Assembly (NCBI GenBank): GCA_042408215.1
Contig: JAYFMW010000005.1
Location: forward strand, 32,001-96,000
Length of the DNA stretch: 64,000 nt
Direction of reading: 5' to 3'
DNA from: Microcoleus sp.
GTDB lineage: Bacteria > Cyanobacteriota > Cyanobacteriia > Cyanobacteriales > Microcoleaceae
Part shown: one piece after another, positions 31,419 through 41,674 of the stretch
Layout: the number at the start of each line of letters is the position of its first letter
Numbering within the stretch: the first letter of the stretch is position 1
Translations under genes and position numbers: made by a program
Notes under the pieces: model-generated
What the model was told of the DNA's origin: nothing
The model's input: only the letters and a program-made list of their open reading frames with translations
Databases searched by the model: none

Positions 31419-32870
31419 ATGTTGAACAACTTTAAACTCAGAGGAAAAATGCTACTTGGCTACTCAGTGCCAGTAGGATTAATCGCAGGACTAGCGATCG
31501 GTGTCTATAGTACATCGCAAACAGTTAGTAAGAACTTTGAGGAAGCATTGCAAGCAGTAGAAGCTGCTAGGATGTCAGACTACATTGAATTGAGAGTGTC
31601 AGAAATTGGCCGACAGTCAAGGGGCTATGCTCTGACCCTTGACAAAGAATCGCTCGATCGCTACGAAGCGGGTGTCAAGAAGCTGAAGGAAACTGAAGAT
31701 CAAGCCTCAGATCTGACTCACAACCTCAGCAATGAACAAAAAAAACGGATGACCAAGATGGTTGAATTTTCAACCCAGTATGACAAGATCGCCCGTAATC
31801 TGATTGAAGCGGCCAAAGCTGGTAACCGTAAATTGGTAATGGACACAGCGGAGCAGGGTGCAGAAAATCTCAAGGCTTTCGAGGCTGTTATGGCGGAGTT
31901 TGACACTCAGCAAGCTAAGCTAGTCAAGCAGTCGGAAATTAACACCAAAAATACGCTAGGTTTGTTGGTCATGATGTCGATATTGGGTGCTGTTGCTGCT
32001 TTAGTTATTGCTTTGGTGGTGGCATACTTGATATCCACGGCGATCGCCAACACCCTCAACCAAACTGCCGGCGAAATTGCTAGCTCCTCGGCACAAATCG
32101 TCAGTGCGGTCGAAGAGCAAGAACGCACCGTCTCGCAACAAGCTAGCTCAGTGAATGAAACCTCGACCACGATGGACGAACTCGGCGCATCTTCGCGCCA
32201 ATCGGCGGAACAGGCTGAAGTCTCTGCTTCAGGGGCACAGTTAGCCCTCTCGCTGACTGAAGGTGGCACAAAAGCGGTGCGCCAAACTCTTGATGAGATG
32301 ACTACCCTCAAGGACAAAGTGGGGGCGATCGCCCAACAAATTTTGCGCCTGAGCGAACAAACCAACCAGATTGGCAATATTTCGGGCTTGGTGGGTGACT
32401 TAGCTAATCAAACCAATATGCTGGCCGTGAGTGCCGCCGTAGAAGCCGCCCGTGCTGGCGATCGTGGGAAAGGCTTTGCGGTAGTTGCTCGAGAAATTCG
32501 CAAACTTGCTGACGAAAGTAAGCAGTCTGCGATCAAGATCAACAGGCTGGTATCGGACATCCAAACGGCGATCGACTCCACCGTGATGGTCACCGATGAA
32601 GGCAACAAGACAGTGAATGAAGGCTTGTCCCTTGCCCGTAGCATGGCAGATGCATTCACAGGTATATCTAACTCGATCAACAACGTTTTCATCAGCAGTC
32701 AACAGATTTCGATGAATGCCAAACAACAAGCAGTTGCGATTAATCAAGTCGTCGAAGCGATGAATGCGATTAATCACGGTGCGCGGGAGACGGCTTCGGG
32801 TGTATCGCAAATCAAAGTCAGCACGCACCAACTCAATTCTGCTGCTCAAAAGCTGCAAGCAGTTGTTTGA
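31419..32870 (+). CDS. Methyl-accepting chemotaxis protein (2 TM, helical periplasmic sensor)
   Basis: LANQTNMLAVSAAVEAARAGDRGKGFAVVAREIRKLA signalling hairpin. Confidence 0.93.
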   Translation: MLNNFKLRGKMLLGYSVPVGLIAGLAIGVYSTSQTVSKNFEEALQAVEAARMSDYIELRVSEIGRQSRGYALTLDKESLDRYEAGVKKLKETEDQASDLTHNLSNEQKKRMTKMVEFSTQYDKIARNLIEAAKAGNRKLVMDTAEQGAENLKAFEAVMAEFDTQQAKLVKQSEINTKNTLGLLVMMSILGAVAALVIALVVAYLISTAIANTLNQTAGEIASSSAQIVSAVEEQERTVSQQASSVNETSTTMDELGASSRQSAEQAEVSASGAQLALSLTEGGTKAVRQTLDEMTTLKDKVGAIAQQILRLSEQTNQIGNISGLVGDLANQTNMLAVSAAVEAARAGDRGKGFAVVAREIRKLADESKQSAIKINRLVSDIQTAIDSTVMVTDEGNKTVNEGLSLARSMADAFTGISNSINNVFISSQQISMNAKQQAVAINQVVEAMNAINHGARETASGVSQIKVSTHQLNSAAQKLQAVV

Positions 32871-32899
32871 TCCTCCAGCCTTCAGCATCTCCGTTCTCA

Positions 32900-32931
32900 A
32901 GGGGGACTTAACGAATTCAAGCCCCCTTTTT
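32900..32931 (+). terminator. Rho-independent terminator after the MCP gene
   Basis: GGGGGACTT-loop-AAGCCCCC followed by a T-run. Confidence 0.55.
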
Positions 32932-33158
32932 CATGGCTGGTAGCGACTGTTCGCAAAAAATTAGCTAAATCTTCCTAAAACTACTCAGACAACAGATCAT
33001 CCGTCTCATTCCCGATCGGGGATCGGAGAGCAATATATCTTGCTACGGGAAGAACAACAACCGCAATCTTTCTTTATTGCTGCTTGGGAATTACGAGGAC
33101 TCACCACACGCGAGGCCCCGGTGTTGTTTTGGATTGCCAAAAATAATAGCAATGCCTC

Positions 33159-33388
33159 ATACCAATTTTTTATGAGGCTGCATAGAATCTGATCCCCCCT
33201 AACCCCCCTTAATAAGGGGGGGACAAGATTCTTCTCAGAGTATGCGATTGTTTGAATTTATATTGTAGTTCAAGCTCCCCTGAATAAAGGGGGGGGACAA
33301 GATTCTTCTCAAAGTCACCCCCTACTCTCCTTCTTAAGGGGGATGCGAGGGGGATCGAGATATGTGCAACGACCCATTAAATTGGTAT
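33159..33388. mobile_element. MITE-like element with ATACCAATTT/AAATTGGTAT termini
   Basis: TIRs plus internal G/C hairpins. A shorter homolog lies at ~41359-41502. Confidence 0.7.
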
Positions 33389-33742
33389 CAATAGCTAAAG
33401 TCCTGACGAAGGAAGGATCAGTTGCACTCTTCGGAACGGTACGAAAACATTTGGAGAATCTTTACAAAAAACTATACAAACTAGAACGGGTGCGGTGATG
33501 GTTGCCAAGAGAAAAGTTGGGGCTACTCAAAGGAGAATTTGCGGCGCACGCTCGCGTAGTCGAAGTGTTGCAATATCTTCATAATCCTATACGCAGATCA
33601 TCGTATTGTTTCCCAGATTTATTTGGAGGAGTATTAGATCAAAGCCAAAACATGACAGCTCAGATGAAGTGCTTTGGTTCACTGGCTAAAATCCAGATTC
33701 AAAGATCAGAAACTACTCTGATTAAGCAAAAGGAGTTCTCAA

Positions 33743-33976
33743 ATGACTACAACAACCCATACACATACATTTTCAGATCATGATGCTGCCCTGATCGCTG
33801 CCAAGAAAGACATAGCGGCTGAGAGTGATACCACGGGAAAAACGTGGCGTGCTTACCTCTTTAGTGATCCAGCAGCAGCAGCGGCCTATGGGAACATAGC
33901 TCCTCCACAAGGACCTGGGGAAATTATCTTTTCGGTTCTCCCTGATGGAAAAGTGTGGGTATTCCCCTACTTTTAA
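33743..33976 (+). CDS. Small hypothetical protein (77 aa)
   Basis: Strong AAGGAG RBS and protein-like composition. Confidence 0.7.
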   Translation: MTTTTHTHTFSDHDAALIAAKKDIAAESDTTGKTWRAYLFSDPAAAAAYGNIAPPQGPGEIIFSVLPDGKVWVFPYF

Positions 33977-34283
33977 CTCTCAGCTTGTGAATCAATCTCC
34001 ATGACGCTGGTTTGAGTATTGGAAAAAACCTGACTATTCCAGGCATTTTTAAACCCTTATTCAACAGCGCCAGTACGAAGCTCATTGTCCTATCCTATGC
34101 TTTTGAACATCTTAGCTTGGGATGGGACAAGGATCGTAAATCAGGTTTGGCAAATACAGAAACGAAGTGACTATTCACTTTTAAAGCCTTGATGCTGCAT
34201 TCAAACCATTCCCAAAATCTGTAACTAATTGAATGAAGTAGACCGGAAAAATCACTTATAAGATGACTAAAAGGAGATAAATT

Positions 34284-35120
34284 ATGCCACAAGGAATTGC
34301 TTTAACAATCGGTCTCAATTCCGTCGATCCTGCTCATTATGGCGGCTGGTCAGGTGAATTGACAGCCTGTGAAGCCGATGCCGAAGATATGGCTGAGATT
34401 GCCAAATCTAGACACTTCACCGTCAAAACGCTTTTAACCGCATCTGCGACGCGAGCAAAAGTCATCAGCGAGATGAATCAAGCTGCTACAACCCTAAAAT
34501 CCGGTGACATATTTGTGTTGAGTTATTCTGGTCATGGCGGACAGGTTCCTGACTTGAATGGAGATGAACTCGATGACATAAAGGATGAAACTTGGTGTCT
34601 TTATGACGGTCAATTAATCGATGATGAAACCTACAATTTACTGGGAAAAATTGCGACAGGTGTCCGCATCCTAGTTTTTTCTGATAGCTGCCATAGTGGT
34701 ACTGTTACCAAGCAGGCCTATTATCAAGGGACAATTGCCCGGAGTGCTACTCCTGCTACCACAGAGGTAAGATATCGCTATATGCCAAATCCGATTATTC
34801 TGCGAACCTACAGGCAGAATAAGGCTTTTTATGACTCTATCTTAGACAACAAGACCTTGAAAGAATCTCGTGAAGCGGTGCGCGCATCCGTCCTCCTAAT
34901 TTCTGGATGTCAAGATAATCAATTGTCCGCTGATGGCAACTTCAATGGTCTGTTCACCGGCAATCTGCTGCGGGTTTGGAATAATGGACAATTTAAAGGA
35001 GATTATCGACGTTTTCACAAAGCGATTCAACGAAATATGCCACCGGTTCAAACACCGAATTATTTTCGCGTCGGTGCTATTGACCAAAATTTTGAAAAGC
35101 AACCACCGTTTACGGTGTAA
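34284..35120 (+). CDS. Peptidase C14 metacaspase/orthocaspase (stand-alone)
   Basis: ALTIGLN, YSGHGG (catalytic His), SDSCHSG (catalytic Cys), ISGCQDNQLS, GLFT, QTP. AAAGGAG RBS. Confidence 0.92.
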   Translation: MPQGIALTIGLNSVDPAHYGGWSGELTACEADAEDMAEIAKSRHFTVKTLLTASATRAKVISEMNQAATTLKSGDIFVLSYSGHGGQVPDLNGDELDDIKDETWCLYDGQLIDDETYNLLGKIATGVRILVFSDSCHSGTVTKQAYYQGTIARSATPATTEVRYRYMPNPIILRTYRQNKAFYDSILDNKTLKESREAVRASVLLISGCQDNQLSADGNFNGLFTGNLLRVWNNGQFKGDYRRFHKAIQRNMPPVQTPNYFRVGAIDQNFEKQPPFTV

Positions 35121-35540
35121 AGCTTGGAACTAGAATTGAGGGAGCACAAGAAACTTGTGCGGTGCGGCGGTGTCTTGAACCTACTGGGTCTCCACCTGAT
35201 CCGGAGCAAAAAATCACTCCTCTCAGTAGCGGGTTCTGCGGAACTGAATTTTCAGGAATTAAGCACAAAAACTCCCAGTAGTGTTGATAGTGCGTTATGC
35301 TGCGCTAACACACGCTACAGATAGAGGCTGTGCGTAAGTCCTGGATTTTGGTTAGTCTGGCAATTGAGCGCCCAAAGCGCCGGGATTGCACAGCACCGTA
35401 AACAGAAGTGAAGGGTTTTGTCCAGGACGTAAATTACCCCTCGGCCTCAAAAGTGCAAATGACAGCTCTTACTTGCTACAATCCAGCTAGAAAAAAGGGA
35501 TTGCTGCGACAACTCCCGTCCCACACGATCGATAAAAAAC

Positions 35541-36003
35541 ATGATCACCGAACTGTTAGATGAGGCGCTTTCTCTGGAAATAGCGCACCCAGATCAAAAG
35601 CAAAGCTAAAAACTGCTTTGACAACGCTTGTAAGGCCGCCTTAGCGATGGAGGGGGCGCTCTACGTCCAAGGCTTTTTGGCCACTCCGGGCGCACCCTAC
35701 AAGCCGATCGAGTATAGTTGGATCGAACTCTCGGAGCGGATTGTTGACCCAACCTTCCCCCACCTCGGCCTGGAAGCTCAACACCTTCACTACTTTCGGG
35801 CACAGAGCTTAAGTGTCAAGCAACTCAAAGCCATCCTAGAAGAATCAAAAGAAGATTATCCAGAGGACGACCCCCTGCCGGTTTATGGCGACCAACCTTA
35901 TGAGTATTACGGAGACTTAATGTTAGGTGGGAAATCTTACCAAATTGCTTACGAGCAAGCCTTGGTTAAATGCAGGGAATTGAACCTCCCCAAAAAACAG
36001 TAA
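35541..36003 (+). pseudogene. Hypothetical protein with a +1 frameshift near 35588-35590
   Basis: Removing one C joins MITELLDEALSLEIAH to QIKSKAKNCFDNACKAALAMEGALYVQGF (ORF 35647-36003). Confidence 0.55.
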
Positions 36004-36019
36004 GCGCACTAATCCAGTT

Positions 36020-37015
36020 TTAATTAGGTGGCACAGAATCTCGTGTAAGTGAGCTTCCAGGAAGTTGATTTGGCGCAGTATTGGATTTTGAGCTGATGAT
36101 TTCATAACTTTTCTCATCCCATGAATTCGACTGTTTACCTACTGGGATTTCAGTTGGCTTGCTTTTCGGTTTAACTTCGCCTTGAGAACTTTTCGGTTTA
36201 ACTTCGCCTTGAGAACTTTTCGGTTTGACTTCGCCTTGAGAACTTTTCGGTTTAACTTTGACTCCAAAACCTTTAGATTTATTGCCTTTAGCAGAACTTG
36301 ATGCCTGTTCCGTTGCAGGCTTCTTAAACTCCTCGTCTAATTGGTCTAAAATCTCCTCTTGTTCGGGAGTATGTTCTGCTGGTTGCTCTAAATTTCTGGG
36401 ATTGTATTCGTCTACCAACCGGGCTAAAAGTTCCGAAATTGACATTCCCGCTGCGGCTGCTTTTTTAGCTAAAATGTCGTAGGTGTCGATTTTAATCCGA
36501 ATTTGTTTGAGCCGGAGTTCGGGATTGTTGTCAACAGTTTCGCTAATTGTTACTGCGGTAATCCTTTCTTTTGGCACTACATCCACAACTTCTTGCCACT
36601 TTTCCTCCAAAGGACAGTCGCCGTACTTGTTAATTATTGCGTGTTTAAACAAAGGGACAACCTGAGCAACGCAGCTCGGCAAAATCTCAAATCCGGCTTT
36701 AATTAAGCGCAGGCAAATGCCAGCAGCTTTGATAATTTGCGTACAGTAAAAATACTGTCTGCCTAATGCTTGTTCGCAGTAAATTTTAAAGGTTTTGAAC
36801 TGGTCTTTGTACAATCGCAGTCTTCGGATCGCGTCTAGCATGATTCCTTGACGCACATAGTCTAGGAATCCCCTTTTAATTTCGCCAGTCAGGTAGTCTA
36901 AATCGTGAAAGGGTGATTGACTCTGGATTTCTTCTTCAAAGTCTAGAAGCGGGCCTGCAAAGTGAAAGTTGAAGGCGACATCGCCTACATAGAAGTTGTC
37001 AATGGATGTGGGCAT
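36020..37015 (-). CDS. Hypothetical protein of mobile-element type, with C-terminal 9-aa repeats (VKPKSSQGE)
   Basis: AIRRLRLYKDQFKTFKIYCE resembles cyanobacterial plasmid/phage proteins. RHH-like segment (YDILAKKAAAAGMSISELL). 27-bp repeats at ~36165-36262. Confidence 0.7.
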   Translation of the reverse strand: MPTSIDNFYVGDVAFNFHFAGPLLDFEEEIQSQSPFHDLDYLTGEIKRGFLDYVRQGIMLDAIRRLRLYKDQFKTFKIYCEQALGRQYFYCTQIIKAAGICLRLIKAGFEILPSCVAQVVPLFKHAIINKYGDCPLEEKWQEVVDVVPKERITAVTISETVDNNPELRLKQIRIKIDTYDILAKKAAAAGMSISELLARLVDEYNPRNLEQPAEHTPEQEEILDQLDEEFKKPATEQASSSAKGNKSKGFGVKVKPKSSQGEVKPKSSQGEVKPKSSQGEVKPKSKPTEIPVGKQSNSWDEKSYEIISSKSNTAPNQLPGSSLTRDSVPPN

Positions 37016-37328
37016 AATCGCGAATAGTTCGAGGAAGGAAACGATATCACAGAAGTAGTACGATCGCCAAGTACAAAAAAAGTCTTGCTCTTGATGTTTA
37101 ATACTTTGATACAATGTTGACTTGGGCTGTAAGGTCCATCGACCTTTTACGCAGCACCACATCCCTCCTGCCTTGAGAGAAAGGGACTTGAGTTATGCAC
37201 CCAAGCCCCAAAAATGCTAAGGGTATGCAGGCATAATGGATAGAAACCACAAATAAGGCAGCTCGCTAAACCAAAGCGTTTCCACCGTCCGGCTAAAGGA
37301 GCAGCCTTTTTGTTGTTCTATATTTAAA

Positions 37329-37362
37329 AGCATACTTGTAAAACTGTGAGTTGTCAACAAGT
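37329..37362 (-). promoter_or_regulatory. Sigma70 promoter with overlapping inverted-repeat operator
   Basis: Minus strand TTGACA (37357-37352), N17, TATGCT (37334-37329). IR ACTTGT/ACAAGT at 37334-37339 and 37357-37362. Confidence 0.7.
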
Positions 37363-37384
37363 TTGATTGTGATTTTACTATGAT

Positions 37385-37717
37385 ATGTCTAAAAAGAAAC
37401 AAGCTCAAGAGCCCAAAGATATGCCAGCACTGCAAATTTTGCGGGTGGCTGCTGGTTTGTCACAATCGGCTTTAGCCAAGCAAATTCCCGACAAAACGGG
37501 CGCAAAAACCCTAACTCAGCAAGCAATCAGCAACTGGGAACGGGGGATAGACGAACCCGAACTAACAATTGCTCAAATGAAAGCCCTTTGCGAAGCTCTA
37601 GGAAAAACGCTGAAGGATTTACCTAACAACTTAGGCCCACCAAATCGGGACAGACAACTTTCAGGAAACGGACTTGAGGAATGCACTAAAAACCAGAAAA
37701 TACCCAAGGATATGTAG
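37385..37717 (+). CDS. XRE-family HTH transcriptional regulator
   Basis: LRVAAGLSQSALA...QQAISNWERG..EP. Confidence 0.88.
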   Translation: MSKKKQAQEPKDMPALQILRVAAGLSQSALAKQIPDKTGAKTLTQQAISNWERGIDEPELTIAQMKALCEALGKTLKDLPNNLGPPNRDRQLSGNGLEECTKNQKIPKDM

Positions 37718-37813
37718 CCCTAATAGATGGAAACTACAAATAAGGGGTGAGACAAACCTGCATTTTTACCTGGGAGGTTCGTTGAACCACCTGGATAGTG
37801 CCGACGAAAATCA

Positions 37814-37847
37814 AGTTTACGTCTTATTCACGGCTTTGTCAAGACGT
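37814..37847 (-). promoter_or_regulatory. Sigma70 promoter with overlapping inverted-repeat operator
   Basis: Minus strand TTGACA (37842-37837), N17, TAAACT (37819-37814). IR ACGTCTT/AAGACGT at 37819-37825 and 37841-37847. Confidence 0.7.
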
Positions 37848-37870
37848 TTACATCATGAATATTTCCTCCT

Positions 37871-38149
37871 ATGATAGAAGAAGATTTGCCAGAAAAAAAG
37901 AAATCTCCATTGAGACTACTCAGAGAAAAAGCCGGACTAACACGCCCTCAAGTTAAAGAAAAAATCGGAATTTCCGAGCGCAGACAAGCTGACTGGGAAT
38001 CTGGGAAGGCTCTACCTAATGCTGAAAACATACTTGCTATGGCTAACCTGTACCAGGTTTCTCTAAAAAATATATTTCGGCTGTTAGGGCTAGACGTGAC
38101 TAAAATTCCCGACGACTTACCCCGAAAGCAGCAGCCCAAGGACAACTAA
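37871..38149 (+). CDS. XRE-family HTH transcriptional regulator
   Basis: LRLLREKAGLTRPQVKEKIGISERRQADWESGKALP. Confidence 0.88.
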   Translation: MIEEDLPEKKKSPLRLLREKAGLTRPQVKEKIGISERRQADWESGKALPNAENILAMANLYQVSLKNIFRLLGLDVTKIPDDLPRKQQPKDN

Positions 38150-38362
38150 TACCACTTCTCAAAAGTTATGCGACGCCCTTGTCTATCCCCCCCAAGGGCG
38201 TGTTTTCTTGACCCGGAGAACCCCCGCATTCTTGCCCCCTACTCATATTAAATCCTCTCTTCATCGGAATGATATAAACGGAGGACACGACTGTCTTGTC
38301 ACCTACAATTAATGAGTCAGCTACAATTAGATCATAATTTAAATAGGAATTAGTCCGAGCGA

Positions 38363-38777
38363 TCAGTCGGTGACTTTCCCTCTCATAGCTTTAATCTGCC
38401 CTCGCTTGGTTTTGCTGTCGAGACGTTTGCGCTGAGAACTACGAGTTGCTTTGCTGGGTTTGCGTCTTTTTGGTATGGCGATCGCACTTTTAATCAATTC
38501 TTGCAGTCGTCTTAATGCTTCTTCCCGGTTCTGTTCTTGGCTGCGGTGTTCCTGTGCTTTAATCACAATAACACCTTCCTGGGTAATGCGGTTGTCGTTG
38601 ATTTGCAATAAGCGCTCTTTGTAGCGATCGGGTAATGAAGAAGCTGGGATATCAAAGCGTAAGTGAATGGCGGTTGCCACTTTATTCACGTTTTGGCCTC
38701 CTGCGCCTTGAGAGCGAATGGCATTAATCTCGATTTCGCGATCGGTCCAGGAACACAGTGTTAGAAATTTGTAGCAT
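38363..38777 (-). CDS. arfB: Alternative ribosome-rescue peptidyl-tRNA hydrolase ArfB (apparent frameshift near the 5' end)
   Basis: [16 protein letters not shown] (GGQ), [10 protein letters not shown] and a basic C-tail. The natural-looking start MLQISNTV (38777) is out of frame with the rest. Confidence 0.8.
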
Positions 38778-39408
38778 GATTCATCAGTGAGATTAAAGAT
38801 ACTGGAAAAGCAGTGCATCTTTATATATAACTTACTTTAGTCAGGGAACAGGATATTAGGACACGGCAGTGCTGTTTCCCTACAATTAATCTGGGGATGG
38901 TTACATCTCTCGCGAGCACAAGCGATTATTTTGGGGTAGGGACACGGCACTGCCGTGTCCTCTCCGTTGCTAATAAACTTTTTCTTGACTCTTCTTCTTT
39001 CAATGTATCAAATACCAATGCTGCAATATCACCGATAACGGCAGCGGCTCTTACTATAAAAGGTTTCATAAAATTACATTGATTTTCAAAACGACGAATA
39101 TATTAAAACAGGACTTACGCATTCTCCACGCTGTTGCAAAGGTTTGAGATTCTTCGCAACGCTTGCGAATGACAGAAGTATGTTCCAATGCGTCCAGGAC
39201 TGTAAAAGCTATCTCAAAAACAAACGTCAAAACAATTTGCAACCCCAAATAAATTAGTAAGGTGCGCCGAAACGCACCCTACAAAAACTAATTAATCAGC
39301 AGTACCCGTTATTGTAGGGTGCGTCAGGGTGGAATATTTTCTCACATTGTCGATCGTCTCGCCTGACGCACCCTACACAGATTAATCAGCAGTACCCGTT
39401 TTCACCGA

Positions 39409-40836
39409 CTATTCAGGAATCTGAGTCCACTCTGTGTGGAAGAATTCACCGCGTGGTTTGTCCGTGCGCTCATAGGTGTGAGCCCCGAAATAATCCCGCT
39501 GAGCTTGGGTCACATTTTGCGGCAATCGATCGCGCCGATAGCTATCAAAATAATCCAGCGATGCGCTAAACGCTGGCACTGCAATCCCCAGTTGGCTAGC
39601 AGTCGCCAACACGTCCCGCCAAGCTGATTGGCGATCGAGAATACTCTGCTTAAACTCCGGCGCTAACAGCAAATTCGGCAACGCCGGATCGTCCTTGAAA
39701 GCTGTTTTAATCTTGTCCAAAAAGCCAGCCCGAATAATACAGCCGCCCTTCCAAATTCGAGATATTTCGCTCAAATCAAGGTCGTAATTATACGACTTTG
39801 AAGCCGCGCTCAAAAGTGCCATTCCCTGGGCGTAAGAACAAATCTTCGAGCAGTAAAGCGCATCCCGGACTTTGTTGATAAACTCTTGAGTATCGCCCTC
39901 ATACTTGCCGCTAGGCCCAGTTAGTTCTTGAGAAGCTCTGACGCGCTCAGCCTTATAAGAAGACATGATTCTGGCATTCACAGCAGCAATAATTGTCGGA
40001 ATGCTCACCCCCAATTCCAAAGCACTCATTACAGTCCAGCGGCCGGTACCTTTTTGGCCCGCTGCGTCCATAATCACCTCAACTAAGGGCTCCTTAGTTT
40101 CCGGGTCAATGTACTTGAAAATATTAGCCGTAATTTCAATCAAAAACGAGTTGAGTTCGTCGGTGGTATTCCATTCGGCAAAAACTTCTTGCAACTGTTT
40201 GCCGTCAAGTCCCCCAACGTTTTTGAGCAAATCGTAGGCTTCAGCAATGAGCTGCATATCACCGTACTCAATGCCGTTGTGAACCATCTTCACGTAGTGA
40301 CCAGCGCCACCAGGGCCGATGAATGTGACGCAGGGGCCATCATCTACTTGAGCCGCAATTTTAGTCAGAATCGGCTCCAATTCCTTGTAAGCTGCTCGCG
40401 TGCCACCGGGCATCATGCTAGCACCATTCAGCGCGCCTTCTTCGCCGCCGCTAATTCCCATGCCGACAAATCCCAGTCCGATCGATTCTAAGTCTTTGGT
40501 GCGGCGTTCGGTGTCGTCGTAGAGCGAGTTGCCGCCGTCAATAATCATGTCGTCGGGGTCTAGCATCGGTTTTAGCTGGTCAATTACCGCATCTACGGCT
40601 TTGCCAGCTTGTACCATAACTAAGATTCTGCGGGGGCGTTCTAGGGCTTCGACGAATTCCGCCAGAGTCTTCGTGGCTACAATGTTTTTGCCCTGGGCGC
40701 GTTTTGCCATGAATTCGTCGGTTTTGGCTGTGGTACGGTTGTACACAGCTACGGAGAAACCTCTGCTTTCGACGTTCAGCGCTAGGTTCTCGCCCATTAC
40801 GGCTAAACCGATTAAACCAAAATTTTGCTTTGTCAT
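39409..40836 (-). CDS. gnd: NADP-dependent 6-phosphogluconate dehydrogenase
   Basis: GLIGLAVMGENL, VKMVHNGIEYGDMQ, QAQRDYFGAHTYER. Confidence 0.97.
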   Translation of the reverse strand: MTKQNFGLIGLAVMGENLALNVESRGFSVAVYNRTTAKTDEFMAKRAQGKNIVATKTLAEFVEALERPRRILVMVQAGKAVDAVIDQLKPMLDPDDMIIDGGNSLYDDTERRTKDLESIGLGFVGMGISGGEEGALNGASMMPGGTRAAYKELEPILTKIAAQVDDGPCVTFIGPGGAGHYVKMVHNGIEYGDMQLIAEAYDLLKNVGGLDGKQLQEVFAEWNTTDELNSFLIEITANIFKYIDPETKEPLVEVIMDAAGQKGTGRWTVMSALELGVSIPTIIAAVNARIMSSYKAERVRASQELTGPSGKYEGDTQEFINKVRDALYCSKICSYAQGMALLSAASKSYNYDLDLSEISRIWKGGCIIRAGFLDKIKTAFKDDPALPNLLLAPEFKQSILDRQSAWRDVLATASQLGIAVPAFSASLDYFDSYRRDRLPQNVTQAQRDYFGAHTYERTDKPRGEFFHTEWTQIPE

Positions 40837-40943
40837 GCTTAATAAATCGCTGGTTGTTCCCGCTTGATGATAGATTTACGATCTTGGGAAAGCGAGGCGG
40901 GGTGTAGCGCTTTCCTCTGGCTGAAATGTCAGAGAATAGACCT

Positions 40944-41348
40944 TTGACACTCTCAGGGCTAAAGCCACTGAGATTCTGCGGACAGAGTAAAACTCTCGCT
41001 ACGACCGTCAAACGCCGTCTACCTAGTCACTCTAAGTCAAGCTTAGGTTTCTAGCTACTTTTATTTTTTCCAATGCTTTCAGAATCCATCACTAAGCCAA
41101 GACGCGGTACGCTCCGCAACCTGCCTTTATTTGCTCTTTCCTGTCATACTGCGCCAGGACTTAAACCTAACCGTTGTTTCATAGGAGCCGGGATTTCTCC
41201 GATACTAGGATGCTTCAACACGTAGATGTTTTTTGTTCTTACTCACGATCTAATTTTAACACAAATACCACTGCGACTGAAGTCGCTCGTGCCGCTTCCC
41301 TAGGAAGGGCTAAAGCCACTGAGTTTCCCGCATCCCGTATTAATTTTT
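40944..41348 (-). mobile_element. Non-autonomous IS200/IS605 (TnpB-type) derivative retaining both ends
   Basis: AGGGCTAAAGCCACTGAG at both ends (40955-40972, 41306-41323). The right end reads ...GAATCTCAGTGGCTTTAGCCCTGAGAGTGTCAA on the minus strand. No intact ORF. Confidence 0.7.
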
Positions 41349-41674
41349 ATGAGGTTTAATACCAGTTTTTTATGAGGCTGCATAGAATCTGATACCCCCT
41401 AACCCCCCTTAATAAGGGGGGAACAAGATTCTGCTCAAAGTCCCCCTTATTAAGGGGGATTTAGGGGGATCGAGATATATGCAACGACCCATTAAATTGG
41501 TTTAAGTGTATTTATATTCTAAAAATTGATGTTTGGTGAATCAGTAGGGTTTTTTTAAGATTTAAGGGATCTTAAAGAGAGTGGCCAGCGATAATAAGGC
41601 AGATATTGAGTCGATCGCAGTAACGATAGATACAAACTAGCCGAAATTTTGGAGAAAAGTTAGGAGACTATACT

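Noticed and set aside
33400..33470. CTGACGA…GAAA hammerhead-like core
   Set aside because: The required stems could not be formed convincingly.
33502..33783. 93-aa ORF overlapping the 77-aa gene
   Set aside because: TTG start and no motif; the overlapping gene has the strong RBS.
35541..38149. Intact prophage or ICE
   Set aside because: No integrase, replication or structural genes; only regulators and hypotheticals.
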